Assembly: GCF_006345805.1 (NCBI RefSeq)
Contig: NC_043001.1
Coordinates: 102,672,001-102,736,000, forward strand
DNA length: 64,000 nucleotides
From: Octopus sinensis
Taxonomy: Eukaryota
Direction: 5' to 3'
Of this stretch, positions 11,131 through 24,186 are shown piece after piece. The position numbers and the translations under genes are program-made. The first letter of the stretch is position 1, and each line of letters begins with the position of its first letter. Below the pieces are notes generated by a model. The model saw only the letters and a program-made list of their open reading frames with translations. It did not search any database and had not been told where the DNA came from.

Positions 11131-11764
11131 TCTTTCAAAAATTAAAAAGCTGAGATGTTACTAAACTAAGACAGATGTTGAGGATTGTTAGCTGCTTCTG
11201 ATTTTTCGTAAACCTTATCTGACTTAAATACCAGCTTTAATGTAGCCCTTGCTTAACTTAGATACTTTTCAAAAACCTTGTAATTTATAATTGTTGTTGA
11301 GATGGCAAAATTTACTAGTGAAGACATACATTCAACAAAACATTATATAATGTATGAATAATTAAATTTGATAGAAGCAAGTATTTAATTTCATTGTCAA
11401 GGTAGTTCTCAGCTAACAGACCCAAAGGAAAATGGATAAGATAACAGTGATACAGCACAGCAAATTCACATAATTTTTCAATGTATAGATATCATTTAAA
11501 ATTAGAGCTACAGTCTGAAAAAAATTTTGAGAATGTTTCAGTAAACATGAATTATGAAATTAAATATAAACATTTTGCATACTGTTGCCCATTCTATAAA
11601 GCATTTCCAACTTTTCAAAAGAAAAAAAAGAAAAAAAAAAGAAGGGCACATGACCCTATGGCTGCCGATGATCCACAAACAGGGGCAATCAAATTCAAAA
11701 TTCTCTAGCTCTTCCTTTATTTTTTGGCATAGAAATTTTTTACTGTAACACTAAGTGTACATAC

Positions 11765-11905
11765 ATCCAGCTGGGTACTTAGAATGTTGTATTGAAAGGT
11801 CAATAGGATCAAATCCAACCCTAACACTGATGTTGTATCCTACTTGTACGTAATCTGTATTACTTCTCACAACTGAGATACTAAGTAAATTTCCTGCCTC
11901 TCTAC
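11765..11905 (-). CDS. candidate internal exon (phase 1 to 1), unidentified protein
   Basis: T-rich tract then ...ccttaaag acceptor (AAG, suboptimal) and donor gtatgt. 141 nt open frame GREAGNLLSISVVRSNTDYVQVGYNISVRVGFDPIDLSIQHSKYPAG. Confidence 0.45.
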
Positions 11906-12509
11906 CTTTAAGGTGTCGATGATTAACCAAAATAAAAAAAAAATATTTAAAAAAAGCCTGCATAGTAAGTGCACGTCAACCATTTATAAGAATAACTAAA
12001 TTTTCAGAACATGCAAACTATAAAGGCAGAATAATCTTCAGAAATACTTCATGTATATATTTAAGTGGAACAGGTTCACTCTTGCTGTTGATGCCCCTGA
12101 GAAAGACACTGACATCAGAACTTCCATACTTGTAAATCTAAGGTTTTATGCCAAGATATCATGAGTTGTACAGGTGTATGCAAACAGATGCACAACTTGA
12201 TTTCAAAAAGAAATATCATTTACAAACCAAAAATGCTTTAAGGCTTATTGATTTAACCACATATCATTCAGTGTGTAACAAAGTTAAACAACAGAAAACA
12301 TTATAAACAAGTTCTGTTGTGTCTGGGGAGAGTCATTTTCTTTTTGTGACTTATGATTTCAGACACAACAGAATATGCTTCAATACACAAACTCATATAA
12401 AGAATCTTGCAAACCAAATCCAAAAACGAAATATTATAAACAAGGTTCACTACCAATATTGGTTCAGTTTTAACTAAAATTGACATCCATTGATTATGAG
12501 GATGAGCTC

Positions 12510-12800
12510 TCCAATTGATCCCATCAATGGAACAGCCTGCTTATGAAATTAATGTACAAGTGGCTGAGTACTCCAAGGACATGCATACTTATAACAGAGT
12601 TCTCAAGGAGATTCAGCATGACACGGAATATGACAAGGCTGGCCTTTTGATTTACAGGTTCTACTCATTTTTACCAGCTGAGTGGACAGGAGCAATGTGA
12701 AATAAAGTGTCTTGCTCAAGGACACAACATGCCACCCAAATTCCAACTCACAACCATGACCATGAGCCAAATATCTTAACCACTTAGCCATGCACCTTGG
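12510..12800 (-). mobile_element. SINE family C, older copy
   Basis: Decayed match to 16701-17030 (GTGAAATAAAGTGTCTTGCTCAAGGACACAAC). Confidence 0.8.
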
Positions 12801-14786
12801 TTTTTCCTGTTAGATATATTGATCACCTCATTCTTCAACACTGCAACTTGCTATTCAACATTATAAGATGCTGTTAAAAACAAGCTCTTTTTTTTTCATT
12901 TTTATTTTCTAATTCTTTTTTTTATTACACCCTTACCATTTCTTTGCAGCCAACACACTGAATGTAAACAGCATACAATATAAGACAACAACAAATGGCT
13001 TGCAAAAATACAATTTATTGCTTCCACACAGGCAAGGCTTTGTTATATATTGTTCTACTGACAAATCAAGCCATATCTGATTAAATCTGTGGTGCAGAAG
13101 TAATTTGGTGATCTTTGTCAGTAAAAGAACATCCTGTTTTCCATCTGAAGACAGCAATGTTTTTAACACCAATCAAATTTTACATTGGTTGTTCCCCTCA
13201 CCCCTATACACTCATCAGAAAGACATCAAAACATAGAAAGATGCTTGGACAGCTTATTGCTATAAGCCTGTCAAAATTCACAGCTCAAATCACTAACTAT
13301 ACATATACATATATACACACATACATACACACACACACATACATGCACATGACAGTGGGTACAAAATCTCAATTCTGATTAGTCTACAACATACATTCTG
13401 CTGAGTCTAAAGATAATTCCTAAATGTTCAGTCAAAGAACTGTGTTTTAAGTCTATTCACCAAACAAAACACTAGCACCAACTTTGTTATGAAAATTCAA
13501 AATTCATCAGAAGATTTCTATATGTGAAATGGCAAGGTTTAAATCTTTCAAATAATTTTTAAAAAGCTGAGCTCTGAATCTTCATAAAAACAACATCAAA
13601 TTTAATTCCCGCATATATATTTATATAATACACTTTAGTAAAAAGTATCAATCAAGTACAGTGGGGGTCAATAAACTTCATCCTTACATCAAAATTCAAG
13701 GATCTGTGCTGAAGTGAGCATGCCAGAAAAAATTCTAGTGCTTCAAGCTTTATGTTCTGAGTTCAAATTCTGCTGAGGTCAACTTCTCTTTTGATCCTTG
13801 GGGTTCAATGTTATCACCTAGCTCTCCTTCCTAAAACTTGAGGCCTTGTGCCTATAGTAGAGTTATTATTATTATCATTATTATTGCAAAGCAGTGAACA
13901 AAGCTAAAACACCAGAATGAAAACTAAATGCATTACAGTATGCACGTAAATGCACAACCTTGGTTCTTAGCTAAAAATCTCACTTTTATGGACTTCACTT
14001 TTATCTGCCAATGCCAATAAAAGAAACTCGCTGGACCCATGGAAATTCTCATTGTGTTGACAGCTAAGACATAATAATTATTCCGTTTTCTTCATTTCTT
14101 TCTCTCATCACTTGTAAATACTAATTGCATTCTCTTTCATTCGTATTTTCTCTTGTTCTTGTTGCTGTTCCCATGCTCAATTTCAAAATTCATCCATCTG
14201 CTCTGACAATATCCAACCCCTGTATCTTCTCATTCTTCCTCATTACCACACAACATCATCACTGTCTGTATTTTTATGAAGTCAAAATGAAAAGAAAAAA
14301 AAACGGTAAAAAGGCTCAGTTTTTGTTCTCTAACAGAATTAGTTGCACTAAGGTTCATGACTGAGATTTTTTACAAATTAATTTCAATTCAATAGAAAAA
14401 AAAAAAAGAAATCACTTCAGTATTCACTGCTGCTTCTTTACCACTACCACCATCAGCACCACCACCATTAACCAATATACCTGTGTGAAACTCCATCACC
14501 TAAACAACAACTAGTTCTGAGTATATCACGTGTGTGTATGTGTGTGTGGCCCAAAAAGTTTGAGAATCTCTGTTGTAAAGTAAAAACGTGTGTGTATATG
14601 CAAGCATGCATGAATTTGTATAGCATTCCTTATTTCTTTCTCTTTCTGATTATTACCACCTCTCTCTCTCTCTCTGGTTTACTATCCACATCACTCAGTA
14701 CAACTCTTCTCCCTTCAACAGAAAGCTTTCTTAGGACATAAACACTTGTAGCTACAAGTGTCATTGATATAACTGATACCAATATT

Positions 14787-14997
14787 CTTTTCTACTCTAG
14801 GCACAAGGCCCCCGAAATTTTGGGGGAGAGGGCCAGTCGATTAGATCAACCCCAGTACATGACTGGTACTTAATTTATTGACCTCCAAAAGGATGAAAGG
14901 CAAAGTTAACTTCAGCAAAATTTGAACATAAAGACAGATGAAATATTGCTAAGCATTTCGCCCAGCATGCTAACGTTTCTGCCAGCTCGACGCCTTA
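14787..14997 (-). mobile_element. SINE family A (alternative 3' end)
   Basis: Full head-to-tail match; flanked by the 12-bp direct repeat GATACCAATATT (14775-14786 / 15000-15011). Confidence 0.88.
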
Positions 14998-15068
14998 ATA
15001 GATACCAATATTATCCAAAACTTAACTGACAACTAATGAGATATCCTCATTTTTATGTCATGGCTTCA

Positions 15069-15290
15069 GGCAGTGAGCTGGTAGAATAGTAACTGCACCA
15101 GACAAAATGCCTAGCAGTATTTCTTTTGTCTTTTATGTTCCTGGTTCAAATGCCACTGACGTCAATTTTGCCATTCGTCCTTTCGGGGTTGTTAAAATAA
15201 GAACCAGTAAAGGACTGGGGCCGATGTAATCAACTTTCTCCACCGCCACAAATTGCTCGCACTATGGCAAATTTAGAAAGAATTATGAAA
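15069..15290 (+). mobile_element. SINE family A, older copy
   Basis: GAGCTGGTAGAA...GGTTCAAAT...TCCTTTCGGGGTTGTTAAAATAAGAACCAG. Confidence 0.75.
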
Positions 15291-16190
15291 TCATTGTTAA
15301 TGCCATCATGTCAGATAAATTGATTGTAAATAAAGTCCCCAGTCTGGTTTCACTTCTCAACTGGAACTAGTCTAGTTTTACATAGGGAACGTAAAAACAT
15401 CTCCGCCACTCAAATTCACTATTGCAAAATGATGATGATGATGATGATGACTATTATTACTATTATCATGGTGGCAAGGTGTCAGGACCATTGGCACATG
15501 GAACAAAATGCTTAGTGGCATTTCTTCCAGCTCTTTAGGTTCTGAGTTCAAATTCTATGAAGGTCAACTTTCAAGATTGATTAAAATAAGTACCAGTTGA
15601 GTAGTGGGGGTCGATGTACTTCCATTACACCCTCTCCCTAAATTTGTCAGACATGTGCGAAAATTTGAAAACCATTACTATAATTATTCCATTAGCAGGG
15701 AAACCAAACAGAAATGTTGCTGATGTTCCAAGTGTTGATTTCACTGGAAGATCTTGGATGCATTCTCAGTTGTTTTAATCCAAAGACTATAAAAAGATGG
15801 TCAACAAGAGAAGAAACCCCAGATGTTACATTTATGTGCAGCTGACCAGCTCAAAGCAATCTGAATCAGAGGGAAGAAGAAAAGAGCAGGATGCCACACT
15901 CAATCACTGCCTCCAACACCCTGACTGCAGCAATCACAGCAGTTGCCACAATAGCTCCAGCAACCCAAAGCAATAACAATTACTACAGGTAAATAAAAAG
16001 GGCACTAAGAAGTTTTCCTACCAACAATAAAAGCAAAAAGAAATTCCTGAAAACACAGGCATAACATCGACACCCTTAATGAGTGAGGAAGCTACAAAGG
16101 ACTATGCAGAGTCCAAAAAGTGAGAAGGAAACAATCCATAAAGAGGAAGCAGTGTGGGTCACAGGAAAGAAGTGAAATGACCTTCTAAAG

Positions 16191-16505
16191 CATAGGCTCT
16201 CAAAGTGGATGCTACCACCCCACAGTGGACTTTGAGACGGTCCGGGTGGGTGCTGGTGCCTAAGGGAGTGGTAGAGAAAAAGGTGACGTTCGGAGGAAGG
16301 CAGTGAATTGGAGGACGCTATGAATTTATCATAATGTTATTATAGTATTGTACATAAATTATATAATATTATATTAAATATCAAACGATTCATAGTATAT
16401 ATAAATTAGTAAAATACAAAATATTTATTTATACATAAAAATAGGGGTGGGGCACTGGGGGTATTATGTGGCTATGAGGTAACCCAAAATGTTTGAGAAC
16501 CTCTG
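16191..16505. mobile_element. hAT-like MITE
   Basis: Termini CATAGGCTCTCAAA / TTTGAGAACCTCTG; 8-bp TSD TTCTAAAG/TTGTAAAG. Confidence 0.7.
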
Positions 16506-16700
16506 TTGTAAAGTAAAAGGTTTTGGAGCAACAAAACGAAACACAAAAAGAAATGGTCAAATATACAAGTGAACCAACGGGCCTAAAAGAACAGCAACAA
16601 CAAAGTTACAAGATCCGCAGAAGCAATATGAGATACAACAATAACAGAAGATGCAGGAGGAAGAGCAGCAGCAGCAGCTAAAACAAGCACTGCAATAAAG

Positions 16701-17030
16701 ACTTAAAAAAAGACTCCGCCGGTTACGACGACGAGGGTCCCAGCTGATACGATCAACGGAACAGCTTGCTCGTGAAATTAACGTGCAAATGGCTGAGCAT
16801 TCCACAGACACGTGTACCCTTAACGTAGTTCTCGGGATAATCAGCGTGACACAGAGAGTGACAAGGCTGACCCTTTGAAATACAAGTACAACTCATTTTT
16901 GCCAGCTGAGTGGACTGGAGCAACGTGAAATAAAGTGTCTTGCTCAGGACACAACGCGTCGCCGGGAATCGAACTCACAACCTTACGATCATGAGCCGAA
17001 TGCCCTAACCACTAAGCCACGCGCCCTCAC
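16701..17030 (-). mobile_element. SINE family C, young full-length tRNA-headed copy
   Basis: On the minus strand: A box TGGCTTAGTGG, B box GAGTTCGATTCC, and a CORE-like GTGTCCTGAGCAAGACACTTTATTTCAC block. Perfect 14-bp TSD GCACTGCAATAAGA (16687-16700 / 17031-17044); CpGs intact. Confidence 0.92.
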
Positions 17031-17079
17031 GCACTGCAATAAGAATAATAGTCAAATGGGAAATGCACTACCATAGCTA

Positions 17080-17285
17080 CCATAGACTGGCCCTCGTGCC
17101 GGTGGCACTTTAAAAACACCCACTACACTCTCGGAGTGGTTGGCGTTAGGAAGGGCTTCCAGCTGTAGAAACTCTGCCAAATCAGATTGGAGCCTGGTGC
17201 AGCCATCTGGTTCGCCAGTCCTCAGTCAAACTGTCCAACCCATGCTAGCATCGAAAGCGGACGTTAAACGATGATGATGATGATA
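17080..17285 (+). mobile_element. RTE 3' tail
   Basis: Same tail as 905-1192, ending GGACGTTAAACGATGATGATG. Confidence 0.88.
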
Positions 17286-18221
17286 GCTAACTCAAGGAAC
17301 TTGCCTGGAATTGAAAGGAAATGTCATCTCAAAGAACTGACCATTCATGTGGCAACACCAAAGCAGAGATAATTGCAGAAGAGATATACGAACATCTATA
17401 CAAGACACATTTAATACTATAAACAGAAAGGCTGTCAAAAAACAATAAGGAAACCAAAAATCAATTAAATGTTCAATAAGATGGTGTTGAGGTATTTCAG
17501 AAGGTATTTCAAATTTAGACATCACAGGAATTATTCATCAACATCACGATCACTTCCGCTGCCACCACCACAACCAACACCGCCATTGTTATTAAAAAAG
17601 TGGATTGGCAGAAACATTAGAGGGATAGATAAAATACTTTGTGATATTTCTTCTAGCTTTTTATATTATGAGTTTCAAATCTTGCCATGGCCAAGATTTG
17701 CCTTTCATTCTTCAGGGTTTGAGATAATAAAGTACCGATAAAGTAATGGGGTCAATGGAATGTACTAGCAATCTCCTACCATTGGTCTTGTGCCATTAGA
17801 AACAATGTTATAATCATCATCATTATGTTCATAACAATTTTGTACAAGATTCTATTGCACCAGGCTTATGTGCTTTTGTGAGGGCAAATGGTTTTGGTCA
17901 GTGCAAGGGTACAGAAGAAACCTAGCAAAGATGCCACACTGTGAGATTGAAACCAGAATCATGTGTTTGGGAAGCAAGCCTCTTACCACAGAGCCATGCC
18001 TGCACCTATTCAAGTAGATTAGATTAATATATTATTGAATAAAGTGTGACACAGTAAACAAATGTCATTGAAACATGTAGTGTGTTTAGTTAAATTTCAT
18101 AATATCGTGAATTCAAACCCAAAACAGAAATAATGTTGCATTTCAGTATAACTCCAAAGACCAGTTCATTTGATTGTATACTCCCACTTCCTTACATCTG
18201 AGGCTTTGTGCTAAGAAATCC

Positions 18222-18586
18222 TTATTAGCTCTGCCTTCGCTAAGGCAGAGATAGTGTTTCAGTCATATTTGTGTGTTTGTTTGTTCATGGACAAGATATC
18301 TCAAGAACCGCTGGATGGATTTGGATGAAACTTTCAGGGATGTTTGGCTTCATGACTGGCATGAAATGATTATATTTTGGGATCAATCAGGACAAAGATT
18401 CTGGATTATTTTTCCAGTATTTTTTCTTAATTTTTGAGAGTGGTCGGGTTCATTTTTAGTATTCTTGTTTGTGAGAGTAGTCGAGTTTATTTCAGATATT
18501 CTCGTTTTAAAAATCATCTCTGGCTAATCACTGAAAGGACATGGTGTTGCCTTGCTGGTGGTTTGTGCTCTCTGAGTGATCTTGTT
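18222..18586 (+). mobile_element. non-autonomous repeat resembling Crypton-type elements (family name tentative)
   Basis: TTATTA-hairpin start, GGACAAGATATCTCAAGAACCGCTGGATGGATTTGGATGAAACTTT body and GGTTTGTGCTCTCTGAGTG end. A second copy lies at 51127-51445. The family assignment is from recall only. Confidence 0.55.
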
Positions 18587-19198
18587 ATTATTATTATTAT
18601 TATCATTATAAGGGAGAGGTAGGAAGCTATATCAGTAATTTTGCAAACTCTAGTCTCATGTCTATCAAATTCTACTGCAATCATTGTTGTTCTCTCTTGT
18701 GACAATAAAATAATTTCTTCAAGGTGAATAAAATAACTAACAACAAGGATGTGTGGATGTGTATAGGCCAGCATGTGAAAGAACAGACCCAACACTTCCT
18801 CTATATGTCATAAAAGGTAACTAAAACAGGTTGAAGTAGGATTTGCACACTCTGACCTCCTAAAACCTTCACCAGCAGTGACTACCCAAACGGATCCATG
18901 GGTTGCAGTGTTGTTGTCTGAGTGGTGTAACGATGTTTCTTTTTATCCAAATATCTGAATTTGCAGGATTGTTCAACCCATGCAGCCAGTTTATTTAACA
19001 ATTGGATCAATTTTTCTAACCCGAATTGTGAAATACCATGAAAAATTCAAGTGCTATTCAGGAGATTTTGAAATATTAGCAAACAACTTCAATTTTATGG
19101 TATGAAGCACCACCATCACCACCACACGGAAGATACTAGTCCACTGATCCTATATATATAGTCTTGGATGATTTTAAATATTATTCCAGAATCTAAGT

Positions 19199-19521
19199 CA
19201 GTGATACTCAACTATTTTTTTTACCTGTGGACCCTTTTGATTACTATTCCACTCTAGTGGGCCCCCATAGCCATTCAATGCTTAAAAAATAGTTTTATAA
19301 ATACTCCTTTCAAAATCTTAGTTTGTTTTTCACACATCAACGTGTGTCGGCTGAACTATGTGGAACATTAGAGAAAGAAATCTTGCTGTTTCTTGCAATA
19401 AATACATATAAAGCATAATCTTTTCATGGACCTTTAATAAACTACTATTTTGTTTGTGTAAACCCCTAAAAATCTTATATGAACCCACAAGTGTCATATG
19501 AACCTCGGTAGAGAGCCACAG
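19199..19521. mobile_element. hAT-like MITE, uninterrupted copy
   Basis: Termini CAGTGATACTCA / GAGAGCCACAG; TSD ATCTAAGT/ATCTAAAT. Confidence 0.75.
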
Positions 19522-20866
19522 ATCTAAATGAATCCAGTGCTGAACAAAAAAAATTCTACTCAAAAATGCAACAATACTCTTGTAGTGGTTTTGAGCTCAC
19601 AATCTATAGTTCAACATTTACACCATCTAACCACTTTGCTTCTACAATTAACAAAATAGGATGAGCAAATATTATTGTCTTGTTGGCTGAGCTAAGAAGA
19701 GGGATAAGACGTTGCCTTGAGACATACCACACTAGCTGCCGGAGGAGGTAAATCTATTTAACTTACAGCCTCATCCTGTAAAACACAACTGAGATCTGGC
19801 TAATGGTGCTTTATGAATCATATTCATAGCTAAGTTTAAAAATCTGATCATTTAACCTGACAACCACTTCTGGATCCATAACCTAAAAACCTTAATTCTC
19901 CCAATCACAGAGCTTCTTCTACTATAAATTATAAAACAAAAATTAAAAAACAAAAAAAAATGGGTGTAAATATGATAAAAGGAAAGGAGGAAAATTGGTA
20001 TATTTTAATAAACTGTAATACATATATATGTATGTATGTATACGCACACATATACATACTGATACATTGTTATCAGAAGAAAAACTTTATCTTTCAACAT
20101 AGACAATAACCAATGCTCTGTGTGTGTGTGTGTGTGTGTGTGAGTGCGCGCGCGCACGTGCATGTGTGTGTGAGTGTGTGTTTAAAAAGAAAAAGCATCC
20201 AAGTCATAATTTGTCCTGCCATTATATCCTTCCAACTACAAAGACAAATGTGCGTGAATACATGTGCACATAAGTGCATACTTGCATGAGCATGTACACA
20301 CACACACACACACATGCATGCACGCATGTACACACACACACACACACACACAGAGGATCTGTTTTTATAGGCAAACCTCAAACATTTACCAAGCCATCCT
20401 TTGAGAGTTTGTAAATAAACTCACTGCAAATGCACTGTTTTAAATATATCTGTCTTTTCTTGCAATAAAAAAGCATCTCATATTCTCTTAACTCAAACTA
20501 TCAGATGATCTTACACACACACACACAGATATGCACACACTTGAGTATGTGGGAAGTGGTGGGGGAGAGACATGGTGCAAAAATATATAAAGGCCATGGC
20601 ATGCAGGCAAATAAGAAGAAAAGAAAAAGTTCTCAAGGATGTCAGGGAAATGTCCGATTTTGTGAAAGAAATATAAAAAGAATGGCAGATCTGAATAAAC
20701 TTGAGTTTCTCAAAGTAACAGGCAGGAAATACATTGTTGTTAATTGCAATAGCACAGCGGCCACAAGAACAACATAAACATCAGCAACAACAACAACAAC
20801 AGAAGTTGTGCGATGTATGCATACATGTGTGGTAGAATGTTCCCAATATAGGTAAGTAGTATGGGA

Positions 20867-20907
<41 letters not shown>

Positions 20908-22669
20908 TGGAGCGAAGCAACAATAAGACAGAAAAGAGGCAAAGTGGAGAAGAAGAAGGAAATAAAAGAAAGAGGGTGACTATTTGCAACAGAGTCGGTG
21001 GGGGGTGGGGTGTTGCAGTACTTTTGGCTTTCTCTGCCTTGGTCCATCCCTCGTTTTCATTTTCAGTTACAATGTGTGCATGCATGTGCACAGTGTTGCT
21101 TCTGACGCTTCTTTATCTCATACCTCATATGTGTGTGTATGTGTGTGGGTGGGTGCACAAGTGCATCTGCACATCCACACACACACACATGATAGTTGTG
21201 GTAGTGTTCATGTGTGTGCATGTACGAGTAGAGAGAGAGAGAGAGAGAAAGAAAGAGAAGATAGGTCTCTAATATGGTCCTCACTATCCCACCACTTTTT
21301 ATCAATTACCACACCTAATCACCCTCTTCCCAGCCCATTAGCCCAAGATCAATAACCATGTTTGTGGTTCAATATAAATGTATAGAGACACTGGCTCAAC
21401 AGAGATCGACATCATCCAATATAACCAGATTCTCTGTTGACACACAAACATCACAGCCTTCTAACTCTTACACTATTGACACATACATCAACATCTCCAC
21501 TACCACATTCACCATTATGAACATAATTCTTCTTGATTCTCTTCCACCTCCTCATCATCATTATTATCGTCCTCACCACCACCATCACCTGGTATCATTA
21601 TTATCAGTTTTATAGACATTTTTCGTTCTCCTTTCCATTCCTGCTTGTCTTGCTAAAATTGTACACAACCTCAAGCTAAGGTGATTATTTAAATGAAAAA
21701 AAGACACATGCATAATTATAAAGATTTTACACAGCAGCTCCTCACCAGAGCAGCAGTACCATCGTTATACTGAGCAAATTTGAAGAAACAGATTAAACTC
21801 CCCAGCAAATTTTAATAGCTGACAGAAATTATCCAAGATGCAGAGCAAAAAGACATGGACATTGGAAATCGAAACAGCACTAATCATTCTGACTACTCAT
21901 CATGGTCAGATTTCTTGACACAGAAGGGACCTCCTCTATACAGGCATTCAACTTGCTACAGATAGCAGCTAAATCTCCAGGAAATGTTCTTACTGTTTTC
22001 AAAGACCAAAGTCTTCCATATACAAAGAGAAAAAAAAAAAGATGAGATGACTGTGGCTGGAATACTTTTGATGATAGATCTGCTGGATAAAGGCTGACCT
22101 AGGGTTAAACAATAACAACAATCATCAACAATAGTTGCAAAAATAGTACAGATGCACTTCACACACACACACAGAGTCAATGCACTAGTGTCAATATAAA
22201 GACATGCAGAAACAAATACACAGTAGAGCATGAGTGTTCACACACAAAGTAGAGCATGCACATGAACACACACACACAACAAACAGTTTCTGTCAATCAA
22301 ATTTCATTCACAAGGCATTGGCCAGCCCATGCCTATAGTAGGAGACACTCGACCAAAATTATATGCTTTCACAGTGACACTCATCATGTATGACACTATG
22401 TTTGTCTTCATCTCAGTGATGTTCACTCCTTTCAGCTTATTTGTAACATCCAAGCAGCAGCATGGCTCTGTGCTAAGAAGTCTGCTTCCCAACGAAATGG
22501 TTTCAGGATTCAGTCCAGCTGCATGCCATCTTCGATTATATCCTCGGGTTGACCAAAACCTTGTGAGTGGATTTCAAAGATGGAAACTCAAAGAAGAATG
22601 TATGCATGCAGGTACTGGAGCATTAAACACTGAGGACAATAAGGGAAATAGGTTTCCCCAAAAACCCAG

Positions 22670-23838
22670 GGGCTCCCTACAAGTAGAAGATAGTTTCAGT
22701 TGCCTAATTAGCAGTGGAGGAGAGTGTTCTGAAACTATACTTGTTAGAATAAGAACAGGATGGAGAATATTCAGAGAGTTATTATTTCTGTTAGCAGCAA
22801 AAGGGTCTTCCTTTCTCAGACTAAAAGGCAGATTGTATGATGGTTGGGTATGGACAGCAATTTTATATGGTAGTGAGACAAAGGCCTTGAAGGCAGAGGA
22901 CATGTAGAGAGGAATGAAGCTAGTGTATTCCATTGGATGTGCAGTGTCAGTGTACTTGCATAATGAAGTGCTAAGATGCCGATAGAAGAACTGAGGTATC
23001 AGATGCAGGCTGCACTGGTTTGATTGTGTAATGCATGTGGATGATAAGAGCTGTGCTAAGGAGGGCCGGCTGCATAAAGTGGATGGAACTTGTGGAAGAG
23101 GGAGGCCCAGGAAAAGATGAGACAAAATAGAGAGTGTGGTTCTCAAAATGCTGAGTCTCATGGAAGCAACAACAAAGGGCCAAGACGATAGGTGATTCAC
23201 TGTGTTGGAGACAACATGCTCCCCACCAAAGTCAAAGTGATATCCCTAAATATAGACATCAAGCTAAGTAAAATCGTGGCCATCCATACAGACAGGCAGG
23301 CATGTCCTTTATGGTCATGCCATCATTGCCTCTCACAACTGAGAGGTCTTTGTCTTGCAGGTGCCACATAAAAGGTACTCAGCACGCTGTGAAGTGGTGG
23401 GCATCAGGAAGGGCATCCAGCTGTAGAAACCATGCCAAAACATGTCAACCTGATTTCCGTGCCGGTGGCACGTAAAAAGCACCATTCAAGCATGATTGTT
23501 ACCTGTGTTGCCTTACTGGCACTTATGCTGGTGGAACATGAAAAAACTTTCGAGTGAGGTCGTTGCCAGTGCCACTGGACTGGCTCCTGTGCGGGTGGCA
23601 TGTAAAAAACACCACTTGAGCATGGCCATTGCCAGTACCATCTGACTGGACCTCGTGCCAGTGGCACGTAAAAGCACCCACTACACTCTCGGAGTGGTTG
23701 GTGTTAGGAAGGGCATTCAGCTGTAGAAACACTGCCAGATCAGACTGGAGCCTGGTGCAACCATCTGGTTCGCCAGTCCTCAGTCAAATCGCCCAACCCA
23801 TGCTAGCATGGAAAGCGGACGTTAAACGATGATGATTT
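22670..23838 (+). mobile_element. RTE-clade LINE, 5'-truncated: RT C-terminus, 3' UTR with tandem repeat, and tail
   Basis: LQVEDSF..LISSGGECSETILVRIRTGWRIFRELL...RLKGRLYD..VWTAILYGSETKAL and later GTCGRGRPRK. About 3.5 units of the 66-bp repeat follow, then the (GAT)n tail. Confidence 0.9.
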
Positions 23839-23973
23839 TATATATATATGTATATATAAACTTGGGTGCTGAAACAAAAAGTACCAGATCCTAACCCTGA
23901 CAGCAAATGCCCTCATATTAACTGGCACTGTTGCAATCTGATAACTGAAGAGTAAAATTTCCTCAGGCCTTAC

Positions 23974-24029
23974 ACCCCAAGCACATTATCAAGTAACTGA
24001 TAGTGCTCTAGATATCCAGCTCCAGCCAG
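23974..24029 (-). CDS. candidate internal exon (phase 0 to 2)
   Basis: Acceptor atatgttttttatag and donor gtaagg; 56 nt encoding LAGAGYLEHYQLLDNVLG(V). Confidence 0.45.
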
Positions 24030-24186
24030 CTATAAAAAACATATTCCAGCAACATATTAGTATGACAGAAGGCAAAATCTGAAAGAGAAGAGAGATAAAA
24101 TGAAGGGTAACATCATTTCTCATGAGAAGTGAAATAGTTACAAATAGTAATCAAAGCACAGCCATGTGTTCAACTTTACTCTAAAG

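Noticed and set aside
16560-16700. Glutamine-rich reading frame
   Set aside because: Interrupted by stops; CAG/CAA low-complexity sequence.
19767-19775. 9-nt micro-exon (tttacag|GATGAGGCT|gtaagt) on the minus strand
   Set aside because: Too short to distinguish from chance without RNA data. The same applies to the 15-24-nt candidates near 18195, 21746-21769, 28710 and 51770.
20094-21615. Cluster of 80-150-aa ORFs (also 25070-25369, 41135-41495, 47513-48240 and 58591-58922)
   Set aside because: These are translations of CA/GT, GA/CT and trinucleotide microsatellites, which lack stop codons.
22574-23200. 208-aa minus-strand ORF and the overlapping 192-aa plus-strand ORF
   Set aside because: The minus ORF is the antisense shadow of the RTE fragment; the plus ORF is a SINE fused to RTE RT.
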